Shown here: piece after piece, positions 43,772-50,508 of the stretch
Numbering within the stretch: the stretch's first letter is position 1
Layout of the letters: the number at the start of each line of letters is the position of its first letter
From: a bacterium
GTDB lineage: Bacteria > Chloroflexota > Dormibacteria > Aeolococcales > Aeolococcaceae
Direction of reading: 5' to 3'
DNA length: 50,508 nucleotides
NCBI GenBank assembly: GCA_021847925.1
Contig: JAJZNI010000016.1
Span: forward strand, 1 to 50,508
Translations under genes and position numbers: made by a program
Notes under the pieces: model-generated
What the model was told of the DNA's origin: nothing
Database searches by the model: none
What the model saw: only the letters and a program-made list of their open reading frames with translations

Positions 43772-44515
43772 ATGGACACTCTGAGCGGCCGGCGCGCCCT
43801 CGTCACAGGGGGCGGCGGCGCGATCGGACGGGTTGCGCTCGGCACCCTCCTCGACCTCGACGTCGACGAGGTGGTGGTCACCGGGCGGCGACGGGAGCCG
43901 CTCGACGAGGTCGAGCGGCTGGCACCCGGTCGCGTGCGCGGACATCAGATGGATGTGGCCGAGGACGCAGCTTGGACGCGCCTCCTGACGGAGGTGCAAT
44001 CGGACGGCCGCGGCATCGACGTCCTCGTCGCCTGCGCCGGCGTGGCGCGCCGGGCTCCGTACCTGGAGGGCCGGCTCGAGGACTGGGAGGAGATGTGGCG
44101 GACCAACGTGCTCGGCACCCTCCTCGCCGCGCGCCACCTCGTCCCCGGGATGTCCGAGCGAGGCTGGGGACGGATCGTCCTGATCTCCTCGGCGGCGGCC
44201 CACATCGGGCTTCCCGGCCGGGCCGTCTACGGCGCCACAAAGGCGGCCATCGAGGCTCTCGCGCGCTCCCTGGCCGCCGAGTTCGGCGGCTGTGGGATCC
44301 TGGTCAACACCATCGCCCCCGGCATGTACCTCACCTCGATGACGGAGGCTTTTCTGGAGGCCAACCCCGCCACCGCCGCCGCGATTCGAGACAGGATCCC
44401 GGTGCACCGCTTCGGCCAGGTCGGGGAGCTGGCCGAAGCCTTCCGGCTCCTCGTGACCACCACGTACATGCAGGGGGCGTCGCTGCGCGTGGACGGCGGC
44501 TGGACAGCGACCTGA
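43772..44515 (+). CDS. Short-chain dehydrogenase/reductase (SDR)
   Basis: VTGGGGAIGRV, YGATKAAI. Confidence 0.9.
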   Translation: MDTLSGRRALVTGGGGAIGRVALGTLLDLDVDEVVVTGRRREPLDEVERLAPGRVRGHQMDVAEDAAWTRLLTEVQSDGRGIDVLVACAGVARRAPYLEGRLEDWEEMWRTNVLGTLLAARHLVPGMSERGWGRIVLISSAAAHIGLPGRAVYGATKAAIEALARSLAAEFGGCGILVNTIAPGMYLTSMTEAFLEANPATAAAIRDRIPVHRFGQVGELAEAFRLLVTTTYMQGASLRVDGGWTAT

Positions 44516-44551
44516 CGTGGCAGCGGCCATCCCTCGCGCCTCACCCTGCAT

Positions 44552-44573
44552 GATAATCTGACAGTATGACAAT
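44552..44573 (+). promoter_or_regulatory. -10-like GATAAT plus operator-like TCTGACAGTATGACAAT overlapping the start codon of the HcnC-like gene (possible leaderless promoter)
   Basis: GATAAT at 44552-44557, then 8 nt to the ATG at 44566, with no SD. 14 of 17 positions of 44557-44573 match 41310-41326. Confidence 0.4.
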
Positions 44574-45768
44574 CTCTCGCGATCATGGCGGCACGACGAT
44601 CGGGGTCTGCGACGCGATCGTGGTGGGCGCCGGGATCGTCGGAGCCTCGTGCGCCCACGCGCTGGCCAAGGCCGGGCTCGCCGTTCGGATCGTGGAGAGA
44701 GACGCGCCGGCTCGGGGAACCTCCGGCGCATGCGAGGGGAATCTCGTCCTCTGGGACCGAACGTCAGACCCCGACCTCGCGCTCACTCGCGTGAGCCATC
44801 GCCGCTGGGCTGAGCTCGCCGAGGAGCTGAGCGCCGGCGTGGGCATCGACATCGAGTACGCGCGCAAGGGGAGCCTGATGGTCATCCCCGAGAGCGGTGG
44901 GATCGACGGTGCACGCCGGCAGTGCGACTGGCTGGGTGGACAGGGCGTCCGCTACGAGTGGCTGGACGCAGCGGGAGTGCGCGAGGCCGAGCCGTGGCTC
45001 AAGGGGGCCGTTGACGGAGCCGCCTACTTCCCGGACGACGCTCAGATCGAGCCGCGCCTCGCAACGTGGGCCCAGGTGCGGGCCGCGCAACGGTGCGGAG
45101 CCACCCTGCACGCCCACCAACCGGTGCTGGACGTCCAATCCAGCGCCACAGGCGTGCGCGTGACCACCGGCCTGGGGGTGCTGTCGGCCGACTGGCTGGT
45201 CGTGGCGGCAGGGGTGTGGAGCCCGGAGGTCGTCCGCTCCCTCCATGTCGACGTGCCGGTCCGCCCGCGCAAGGGTCAGATCGCCATCATCGCCGGCTCA
45301 CCCGTCCAGGTGATCCACAAGGTCATGGAGGCATCGTACGTGCAGACCGTCGCCAGTGACGACGAGCAGCTCCAGGTCGCCAACGTCGTCGAGTCCACGC
45401 GCAGCGGCTCCATCCTCCTGGGCAGCAGCCGTGAGGTGACGGTGCCCTCGGATCGTGGCGTCGAGCTCTCCGTTCTGAGCAGAATCGTGGCGCGGGCGCT
45501 GGACTTCTTCCCCGACCTGGCGTCGGCACAGGTGATCCGGAGCTACGCGGGCTTGCGCCCGATGACCCCCGACCATCTGCCGCTCATCGGCCCGCTGCGT
45601 GAGCACCCACGGGTCATCCTCGCCACCGGTCACGAGGGCGGCGGGGTCATGGGCGCCGCGGCGACCGCGGACATGGTCGCTGCCCTGATCATGGGTGCTC
45701 CGACCCCGGTACCCCCGGAACCCTACCTCCCCACGCGGACGCTGAACCCCGCGGGCAGCCACGGCTGA
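44566..45768 (+). CDS. FAD-dependent oxidoreductase, HcnC / opine oxidase B / D-hydroxyproline dehydrogenase beta-like subunit
   Basis: DAIVVGAGIVGASCAH. DAO-family length (400 aa). Followed by the 2Fe-2S and HcnB-like subunits. Confidence 0.9.
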   Translation: MTISRDHGGTTIGVCDAIVVGAGIVGASCAHALAKAGLAVRIVERDAPARGTSGACEGNLVLWDRTSDPDLALTRVSHRRWAELAEELSAGVGIDIEYARKGSLMVIPESGGIDGARRQCDWLGGQGVRYEWLDAAGVREAEPWLKGAVDGAAYFPDDAQIEPRLATWAQVRAAQRCGATLHAHQPVLDVQSSATGVRVTTGLGVLSADWLVVAAGVWSPEVVRSLHVDVPVRPRKGQIAIIAGSPVQVIHKVMEASYVQTVASDDEQLQVANVVESTRSGSILLGSSREVTVPSDRGVELSVLSRIVARALDFFPDLASAQVIRSYAGLRPMTPDHLPLIGPLREHPRVILATGHEGGGVMGAAATADMVAALIMGAPTPVPPEPYLPTRTLNPAGSHG

Positions 45769-45772
45769 CGCC

Positions 45773-46057
45773 ATGGAACGCCTGGAACATGTCCGCCGCG
45801 GCCGGCAGATCACCATCGAGGTGGACGGCGAGCGGGTCGATTGCTGGGAGGGGGAGACGGTCGCCACCGCGATGCTCACGCGGCATCTCCGCCTCAGCCG
45901 GGATGCGTCCCGACCGCGGTCGGTCTTCTGCGCTATCGGCGTCTGCTTCGAGTGTGCCGCGGAGATCGACGGCACCGCAGGCGTTCGCACCTGCATGACG
46001 CCGGCGGTCGCGGGCATGCGCGTGCGGACCACGTCAGGAGGGTCCGCCCGTGCCTGA
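45773..46057 (+). CDS. Small (2Fe-2S)-binding subunit, HcnA / opine oxidase small-subunit-like
   Basis: ITIEVDGERVDCWEGETVATAM...FCAIGVCFECAAEIDG...RTCMT. Confidence 0.85.
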   Translation: MERLEHVRRGRQITIEVDGERVDCWEGETVATAMLTRHLRLSRDASRPRSVFCAIGVCFECAAEIDGTAGVRTCMTPAVAGMRVRTTSGGSARA

Positions 46058-47426
46058 TCTGCTCATCGTCGGCGCCGGACCGGCCGGTCTGGCCGCCGCC
46101 ATCCAGGCGGGGGAGCTCGGCCTTGACACAGTGGTGGTCGACGAGAACACCACCGCCGGCGGCCAGTTCTATCGCCAGTATCCGGAGAGCTTCCAGGAGC
46201 CGGCATCCCCTCGCGATCCGCAGCGGGAGAGGGGCAGACAGGTCATCTCTCGCGCCCGTCGCGCCGCCGAATTCCGACTCGGCGCCTCCGTCTGGGGCAT
46301 CGACGGACCGGATGTGTGGCTGGATCAGGGCGGCGAACCCGACCTGGTGCGGAGCCACTGCACGCTGCTCGCCACCGGAGCGCATGATCGCCCCACACCT
46401 TTTCCGGGCTGGACGCTCCCGGGTGTCATCACCGCAGGTGCGGCGCAGACCCTGGTCAAGGGCCAGGCGGTGAAGCCCGGCTCCCGCGCCGTCGTCGCCG
46501 GCTCCGGCCCCTTTCTGCTGACGGTGGCCGCGCATCTGGTGGCGGCCGGGGTGCGGGTTGTCGAGGTGGTGGAGGCCGCCACCCTCCACGAGGGCCTCCG
46601 TCTCCTGCCTCGGACGCTCCCCTATCCCGCGAGATACGTGGAGCTGTCCCGCTACCTCACACCGCTGCTGCGGCACGGAGCCCGGTTCACGAGAGGCTGC
46701 GTCGTCGCCGCAGCCGAGGGGCGCGACCACGTGGAGCGCGTTGAGTTGGAACCGCTGCGGGGTGGACCGCGCAGGACGCGCAGCGTCGGAGTGGACCTGC
46801 TCTGCGTCGGATATGGCTTCTCCGCACCCACGGACCTGGCGCGCCTGGCCGGCTGCTCGCTGCGCTGGGACACCGGCATGGCGCAGCCAGTCCCTCGGCA
46901 CGACAGGTGGCAGGCGACGTCCGTTCCCGGGCTGCTGGTGGCGGGGGAAGCGTGCGGCCTGGGCGGAGCGTCGGTCTCAGCCCTGGAGGGCCAGATCGCC
47001 GCGATCGGGGCTGCTCGGCAGTTGGCTCGCCTCTCCGACCCCGAGGCCGCGCGGCTCGCCCGGCCGCTCTGGGCTCGCCTCCGGCGGGCTCGCGGCTTCG
47101 CCCGCGTGCTCACCGACGCGTTCCCTCACCGCCTCCAGCTCGCTGAGCTCCCCACCGACGACACCATCGTCTGCCGGTGCCAGAACGTACGTTGGGGCAC
47201 GGTGAGAAAGGCGGTCGAGGAGGGGGCCCATGACCTCAACGAGGTGAAGACCAGCACGCGATGTGGCATGGGCTGGTGTCAGGGACGCATCTGCGGTGCG
47301 GCGCTTCCCGACCTGATCACATCGCGTGTCGATCCCGGCTTCGACCACAGTGCGGTGTTCACAGCCCGGCCACCGCTCCGGCCGGTACGGGCATCGACGC
47401 TGGCCCGGGCACTCCCCCGCCGCTGA
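46050..47426 (+). CDS. FAD/NAD(P)-binding oxidoreductase, HcnB / opine oxidase A-like subunit with C-terminal BFD-like Fe-S motif
   Basis: LLIVGAGPAGLAAA. C-terminal CRCQNV....C.MGWCQGRIC. The GTG start overlaps the upstream stop by 8 nt and is preceded by AGGAGGG. Confidence 0.9.
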   Translation: MPDLLIVGAGPAGLAAAIQAGELGLDTVVVDENTTAGGQFYRQYPESFQEPASPRDPQRERGRQVISRARRAAEFRLGASVWGIDGPDVWLDQGGEPDLVRSHCTLLATGAHDRPTPFPGWTLPGVITAGAAQTLVKGQAVKPGSRAVVAGSGPFLLTVAAHLVAAGVRVVEVVEAATLHEGLRLLPRTLPYPARYVELSRYLTPLLRHGARFTRGCVVAAAEGRDHVERVELEPLRGGPRRTRSVGVDLLCVGYGFSAPTDLARLAGCSLRWDTGMAQPVPRHDRWQATSVPGLLVAGEACGLGGASVSALEGQIAAIGAARQLARLSDPEAARLARPLWARLRRARGFARVLTDAFPHRLQLAELPTDDTIVCRCQNVRWGTVRKAVEEGAHDLNEVKTSTRCGMGWCQGRICGAALPDLITSRVDPGFDHSAVFTARPPLRPVRASTLARALPRR

Positions 47427-47433
47427 TCCCCTC

Positions 47434-48483
47434 ATGCCGGCCGGAGCTGCAAGCCGCGTGCGCATGCCGCGTACGCGATTTGCGCCCCATCTGGTCATGT
47501 TCGCAGCCATGCTCATCTGGAGCGCCAACGCGACGGTGGTCAAGCTGGGCCTCGAGCACGTGCGTCCGGCCAGCTTCTTCGGCGCCCGCTTCCTCATGGG
47601 CGCGGCGGCGAGCTGGATCATCGCGCTCGCGGTGCACCGGCGCAGAGCCCTCGCCCCCCCTCGGGCGCGGGTCCCGCTCGTCGCCATCATCGGGATCGGC
47701 GCCAACCAGGTGTTCTTCGCATTCGGATTGAACCTGACAACCGCTGTCGACGCGTCGCTCATCCAGGGACTGACCCCGCTCTTCGCAGGTGCGATGGTCA
47801 TGCTCCTGGCGCGCGGCCGTCTCGGCAACAAGGAGATCACCGCCCTGCTTCTCGGACTGGCGGGCGTGAGCATCGTGGTCCTCGCCACCCCGGCACACGG
47901 GGGCGGAAGCGTAACAGGGGACCTCATCAACCTCGGAGCACCGCTCAGCTACGCGTTCTTCCTCGTGTTCACCGCCTCGGATGCCGCGCGCCTGCCGGCC
48001 ACTCGCATCACCCCGTGGGCGCTGACCGGAGGCCTGGTGATCCTCCTTCCGCTGGGACTGGTCGATGCGGTCCGCGCACCGGAGGACTGGCTCGCATCGC
48101 TGCCGGAACTCTTCTTCGCCGGCCTGCTGTCCACCACCTTTGCCTACACCGCCGGCCTGTGGGCGCTGCCCCGGCTGGGTGCGACAGCTGCAGCCATCTA
48201 CAGCTACCTCCAGCCACCGCTCGGGGCCGCCATCGGAGCGCTCTTCCTCGGCGAGCCGTATGTGCCCATCCAGCTGGCGGGCACGGCGATCATCCTTCTC
48301 GCCGCCTACCTCGGCGGCAGCCAGGCGGCTCCGGTGATCGGCGTCGCCCAGGGCGCGCCTCCGGGCAGCGAACCCGACTCGCCACCGATCACGGGTGACG
48401 ACCCCGCGGGCCGCTCCGCCGTCCAGACCGGCACGAATGTCTCGAGCAGCCGTGAGACGGGGGAGGCCGAGTGCAGCACATGA
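47434..48483 (+). CDS. DMT-superfamily (EamA) transporter
   Basis: About 10 TM segments and two EamA-like halves. Start ATG at 47434 or 47464. The upstream part of ORF 47326..48483 overlaps the preceding gene. Confidence 0.85.
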   Translation: MPAGAASRVRMPRTRFAPHLVMFAAMLIWSANATVVKLGLEHVRPASFFGARFLMGAAASWIIALAVHRRRALAPPRARVPLVAIIGIGANQVFFAFGLNLTTAVDASLIQGLTPLFAGAMVMLLARGRLGNKEITALLLGLAGVSIVVLATPAHGGGSVTGDLINLGAPLSYAFFLVFTASDAARLPATRITPWALTGGLVILLPLGLVDAVRAPEDWLASLPELFFAGLLSTTFAYTAGLWALPRLGATAAAIYSYLQPPLGAAIGALFLGEPYVPIQLAGTAIILLAAYLGGSQAAPVIGVAQGAPPGSEPDSPPITGDDPAGRSAVQTGTNVSSSRETGEAECST

Positions 48484-48503
48484 ACACGGGAGGCCAGTCG
48501 CAC

Positions 48504-49247
48504 ATGGCACGCGCGGTCATCGTTTCCGGGGGCGGTACCGGCATCGGCCGTTCGGTCGCAGCGCGCTTCACTCAGGCGGGCGACCACGTGGTCATCATCG
48601 GCAGGCGGGCGGCGGTGCTGGAGGCCGTCGCCCACTCGCTCGAGGGGCCCGGAGCGGTGACGTGGTTTTCGGCAGACCTCGCCGACCCTTCCGACGTGGA
48701 TCGCGTCGCCGCCCAGCTCCCCGATGTCGTCGACGTCGTCGTCAACAACGCGGGAGGCTACGCCTCGCGGGGCATGCCGTGGCGAGGCCCGGCCGACATC
48801 GCCCGGGCCCTGACCACCGACTTCACGAACAACGTGCTCTCCGCCGTCCTGCTCACGGCGGCCCTGAGCCCCCGACTGCGGCGCCCCGGCGGCCGGATCA
48901 TCACCATCAGCTCGATCGCAGGAGTTCGTGGCGGCGTGGGACCGTACGGGGCCTACGCGTCGGCGAAGTCCGCACTGCTCGGCTGGTCGCACGGCCTGGC
49001 CACCGAGCTCGGCCCGGACGGGATCACCGTGAACCTCGTCGCTCCCGGCTACATCGCGGAAACGGACTTCTTCGCCGGCACCATGACGTCGCACCGCCAC
49101 CAGGAGCTGGTCGCGCAGACCCTGGTCGGCCGGGCCGGACGGCCGGACGACGTGGCCGCGGCCGTGGAGTACCTGGCGTCCGCCGAGGCCGGGTTCGTCA
49201 CCGGCCAGATGCTCCACGTCAACGGGGGTGCCCTCATGGGCCGGTGA
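48504..49247 (+). CDS. Short-chain dehydrogenase/reductase (SDR, FabG-like)
   Basis: VSGGGTGIGRSVA, VVNNAGG, YASAKSAL. ATG at 48504 is preceded by GGGAGG. Confidence 0.9.
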   Translation: MARAVIVSGGGTGIGRSVAARFTQAGDHVVIIGRRAAVLEAVAHSLEGPGAVTWFSADLADPSDVDRVAAQLPDVVDVVVNNAGGYASRGMPWRGPADIARALTTDFTNNVLSAVLLTAALSPRLRRPGGRIITISSIAGVRGGVGPYGAYASAKSALLGWSHGLATELGPDGITVNLVAPGYIAETDFFAGTMTSHRHQELVAQTLVGRAGRPDDVAAAVEYLASAEAGFVTGQMLHVNGGALMGR

Positions 49248-49249
49248 GG

Positions 49250-50470
49250 TCAGGCACCCCCGCCCGATGTGGCCGCCTGCCACCCCCGTGCGGCAACCGG
49301 GTCCCACCAGCCGGCGCCTCCCTCGACCATGAGCACGGCGGGATGGAGATTCACGGTCGTGCAGCAGTGCACGGGGATGACGACCACCCGGTCGCCCACC
49401 GTCAGGCCCGAGGAGCCCTGAGCGATCAACACCCCATGCTCCTCGCTCATCCTCTGCACCAGGAGGTTCTCCCGGCCGGCCACCCGGCCGTAGCCCTGAA
49501 CGGTCGGCACGCTCACATCGGCGGCCAGCGCCTTGGATCCGGCGTCGATCACGGCTCGGTCGACAGCCGGGGTCGCGACCACCGTGGCCACCACCCCCAG
49601 AGCGCAGTCGTCCTGCGACATCGCCCCGAGGGCGACCTGCTGCACGTCCCCGTACACGTAGGAGCCTGGGCGGGCCTCGATGACGATGCCCGCATCGCTC
49701 GCCGTGGCGGTGCGCGCCGCGGCGGCGGATCCGTCACCCACCTCCGGCGCAGCGCCGGCCGCGGGGTCACGCAGGCCGATCGTGGGAGTGGAACCCAGGC
49801 TCAGCTCCCGCACCGGGATTCCCTCCGCCCGCAGCAGGTCCACGGTGGCGCGCAGCGCTGCGCGCTCGTGCTCGGCGGCTGAGGCGACCCCCGCCGGGTC
49901 CCGGGCTGCGTACACGTGGCCCGGGAACGTCAGCAGACCTCGAAACCTCTCGATGCCGACCGCCTCCACCAGCCGGTGCACCGCGGGCACCGTGGTCCGG
50001 CCCGCCACGCTCCCGAGCCGGTGGTGACCGCTGTCGACCTCCCAGAGGATCTCCACGTTCGCCGGGACGCCGGCGACGGCCTCCACGCTGTCCACGCTCA
50101 CGGCGAGACGCCTCAGCCGCGCCGCCAGATCCGCGACGCGTCGCAGCTTCGCGGCGCCCACCGGAGGATGCGCGAGGAGGATGTCGTCCACCCCCGCATC
50201 CGCGAACAGCTCGGCCTCACGGAGGGTCGCTGCCGTCAGCCCGTGGGCGCCCTGAGCGATCTGCCGGCGCGCGACGAAGGAGCTCTTGTGAGTCTTCGCG
50301 TGAGGGCGCAGCCGCCAGCCCAGCGCCGCGACCCGCTGTTGCATGGCGAAAAGGTTGGCGTCCATGGTCGCGACGTCGACAGCGGCGACCGGCGTCGTGA
50401 AGGGTTCAGCTGCGGCGAGCAGCGCCTCCGGCCTCATCGACTCGGCCGGGGGTCTCGGCTTGGCCGCCAC
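49250..50470 (-). CDS. PLP enzyme with alanine-racemase-type N-terminal barrel, D-threonine aldolase / D-serine (3-hydroxyaspartate) dehydratase-like
   Basis: PLP-lysine motif RPHAKTHKS and C-terminal beta domain. Start GTG at 50470 or ATG at 50437. Confidence 0.85.
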   Translation of the reverse strand: MAAKPRPPAESMRPEALLAAAEPFTTPVAAVDVATMDANLFAMQQRVAALGWRLRPHAKTHKSSFVARRQIAQGAHGLTAATLREAELFADAGVDDILLAHPPVGAAKLRRVADLAARLRRLAVSVDSVEAVAGVPANVEILWEVDSGHHRLGSVAGRTTVPAVHRLVEAVGIERFRGLLTFPGHVYAARDPAGVASAAEHERAALRATVDLLRAEGIPVRELSLGSTPTIGLRDPAAGAAPEVGDGSAAAARTATASDAGIVIEARPGSYVYGDVQQVALGAMSQDDCALGVVATVVATPAVDRAVIDAGSKALAADVSVPTVQGYGRVAGRENLLVQRMSEEHGVLIAQGSSGLTVGDRVVVIPVHCCTTVNLHPAVLMVEGGAGWWDPVAARGWQAATSGGGA

Positions 50471-50508
50471 CGGAGCATCCCTGCGGCTGCATTCCGAAGG
50501 CGCCCCAT

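Noticed and set aside
1-50508. Searched for CRISPR repeats, tRNA/rRNA genes, transposases, integrases, phage or defence-system genes, and toxin-antitoxin pairs.
   Set aside because: No regularly spaced repeats, no tRNA-like T-arm sequences in the gaps, and no recombinase, nuclease or helicase-type proteins among the ORFs. The accessory-looking region appears metabolic rather than mobile or defensive.

Overview
Very GC-rich bacterial chromosomal DNA: third codon positions in real genes are almost all G/C, and every real gene casts long Arg/Gly/Pro-rich shadow ORFs on other frames. I support 45 coding features. I saw no rRNA, tRNA, CRISPR array, transposase or integrase. Family calls rest on motifs I read in the translations; no database search was run, and several start codons are ambiguous.

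Left part (1-15 kb):
- Two HtrA-like S1C/PDZ proteases and a glutamate dehydrogenase.
- A minus-strand run of DUF3048 lipoprotein, fhs, cysK and cysE.
- A hemerythrin::proline dehydrogenase fusion next to a P1B-type ATPase that carries its own C-terminal hemerythrin domain.
- An OmpR/histidine-kinase pair.
- A truncated cation/proton antiporter remnant followed by about 400 bp of unexplained non-coding DNA.

Rest of the window (15.6-50.5 kb): a large amino-acid/imino-acid catabolic region.
- Glycerate kinase, a sarcosine-oxidase-beta-like flavoenzyme start/stop-overlapped (GTGA) with an ornithine cyclodeaminase/mu-crystallin homologue, an amine-oxidase-like flavoprotein, and a second, inverted gdh paralog.
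- A GntR/FCD regulator surrounded by three proline-racemase-superfamily (PRS) paralogs. One is canonical Cys/Cys; two are atypical Ser/Cys.
- An enolase-superfamily gene whose start overlaps the stop of one atypical PRS gene.
- A polar-amino-acid ABC importer and a three-subunit HcnCAB/opine-oxidase-like dehydrogenase.
- DHDPS-like, IlvD/Edd-like and D-2-hydroxyacid dehydrogenase genes.
- Two aldehyde dehydrogenases, two class-III aminotransferases, hyi-glxR without gcl, a DapB-like reductase, three SDRs, an EamA exporter and a D-threonine-aldolase/DSD1-like PLP enzyme.

Main leads:
1. A shared TGTC/GACA operator-like motif sits in the three AT-richer promoter gaps of this region, suggesting one GntR regulon.
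2. A complete trans-4-hydroxy-L-proline pathway can be assembled, but most of the cluster is unassigned (Ser/Cys PRS + enolase, Ser/Cys PRS + SDR, DapB-like reductase).
3. Two hemerythrin domains sit on adjacent genes.
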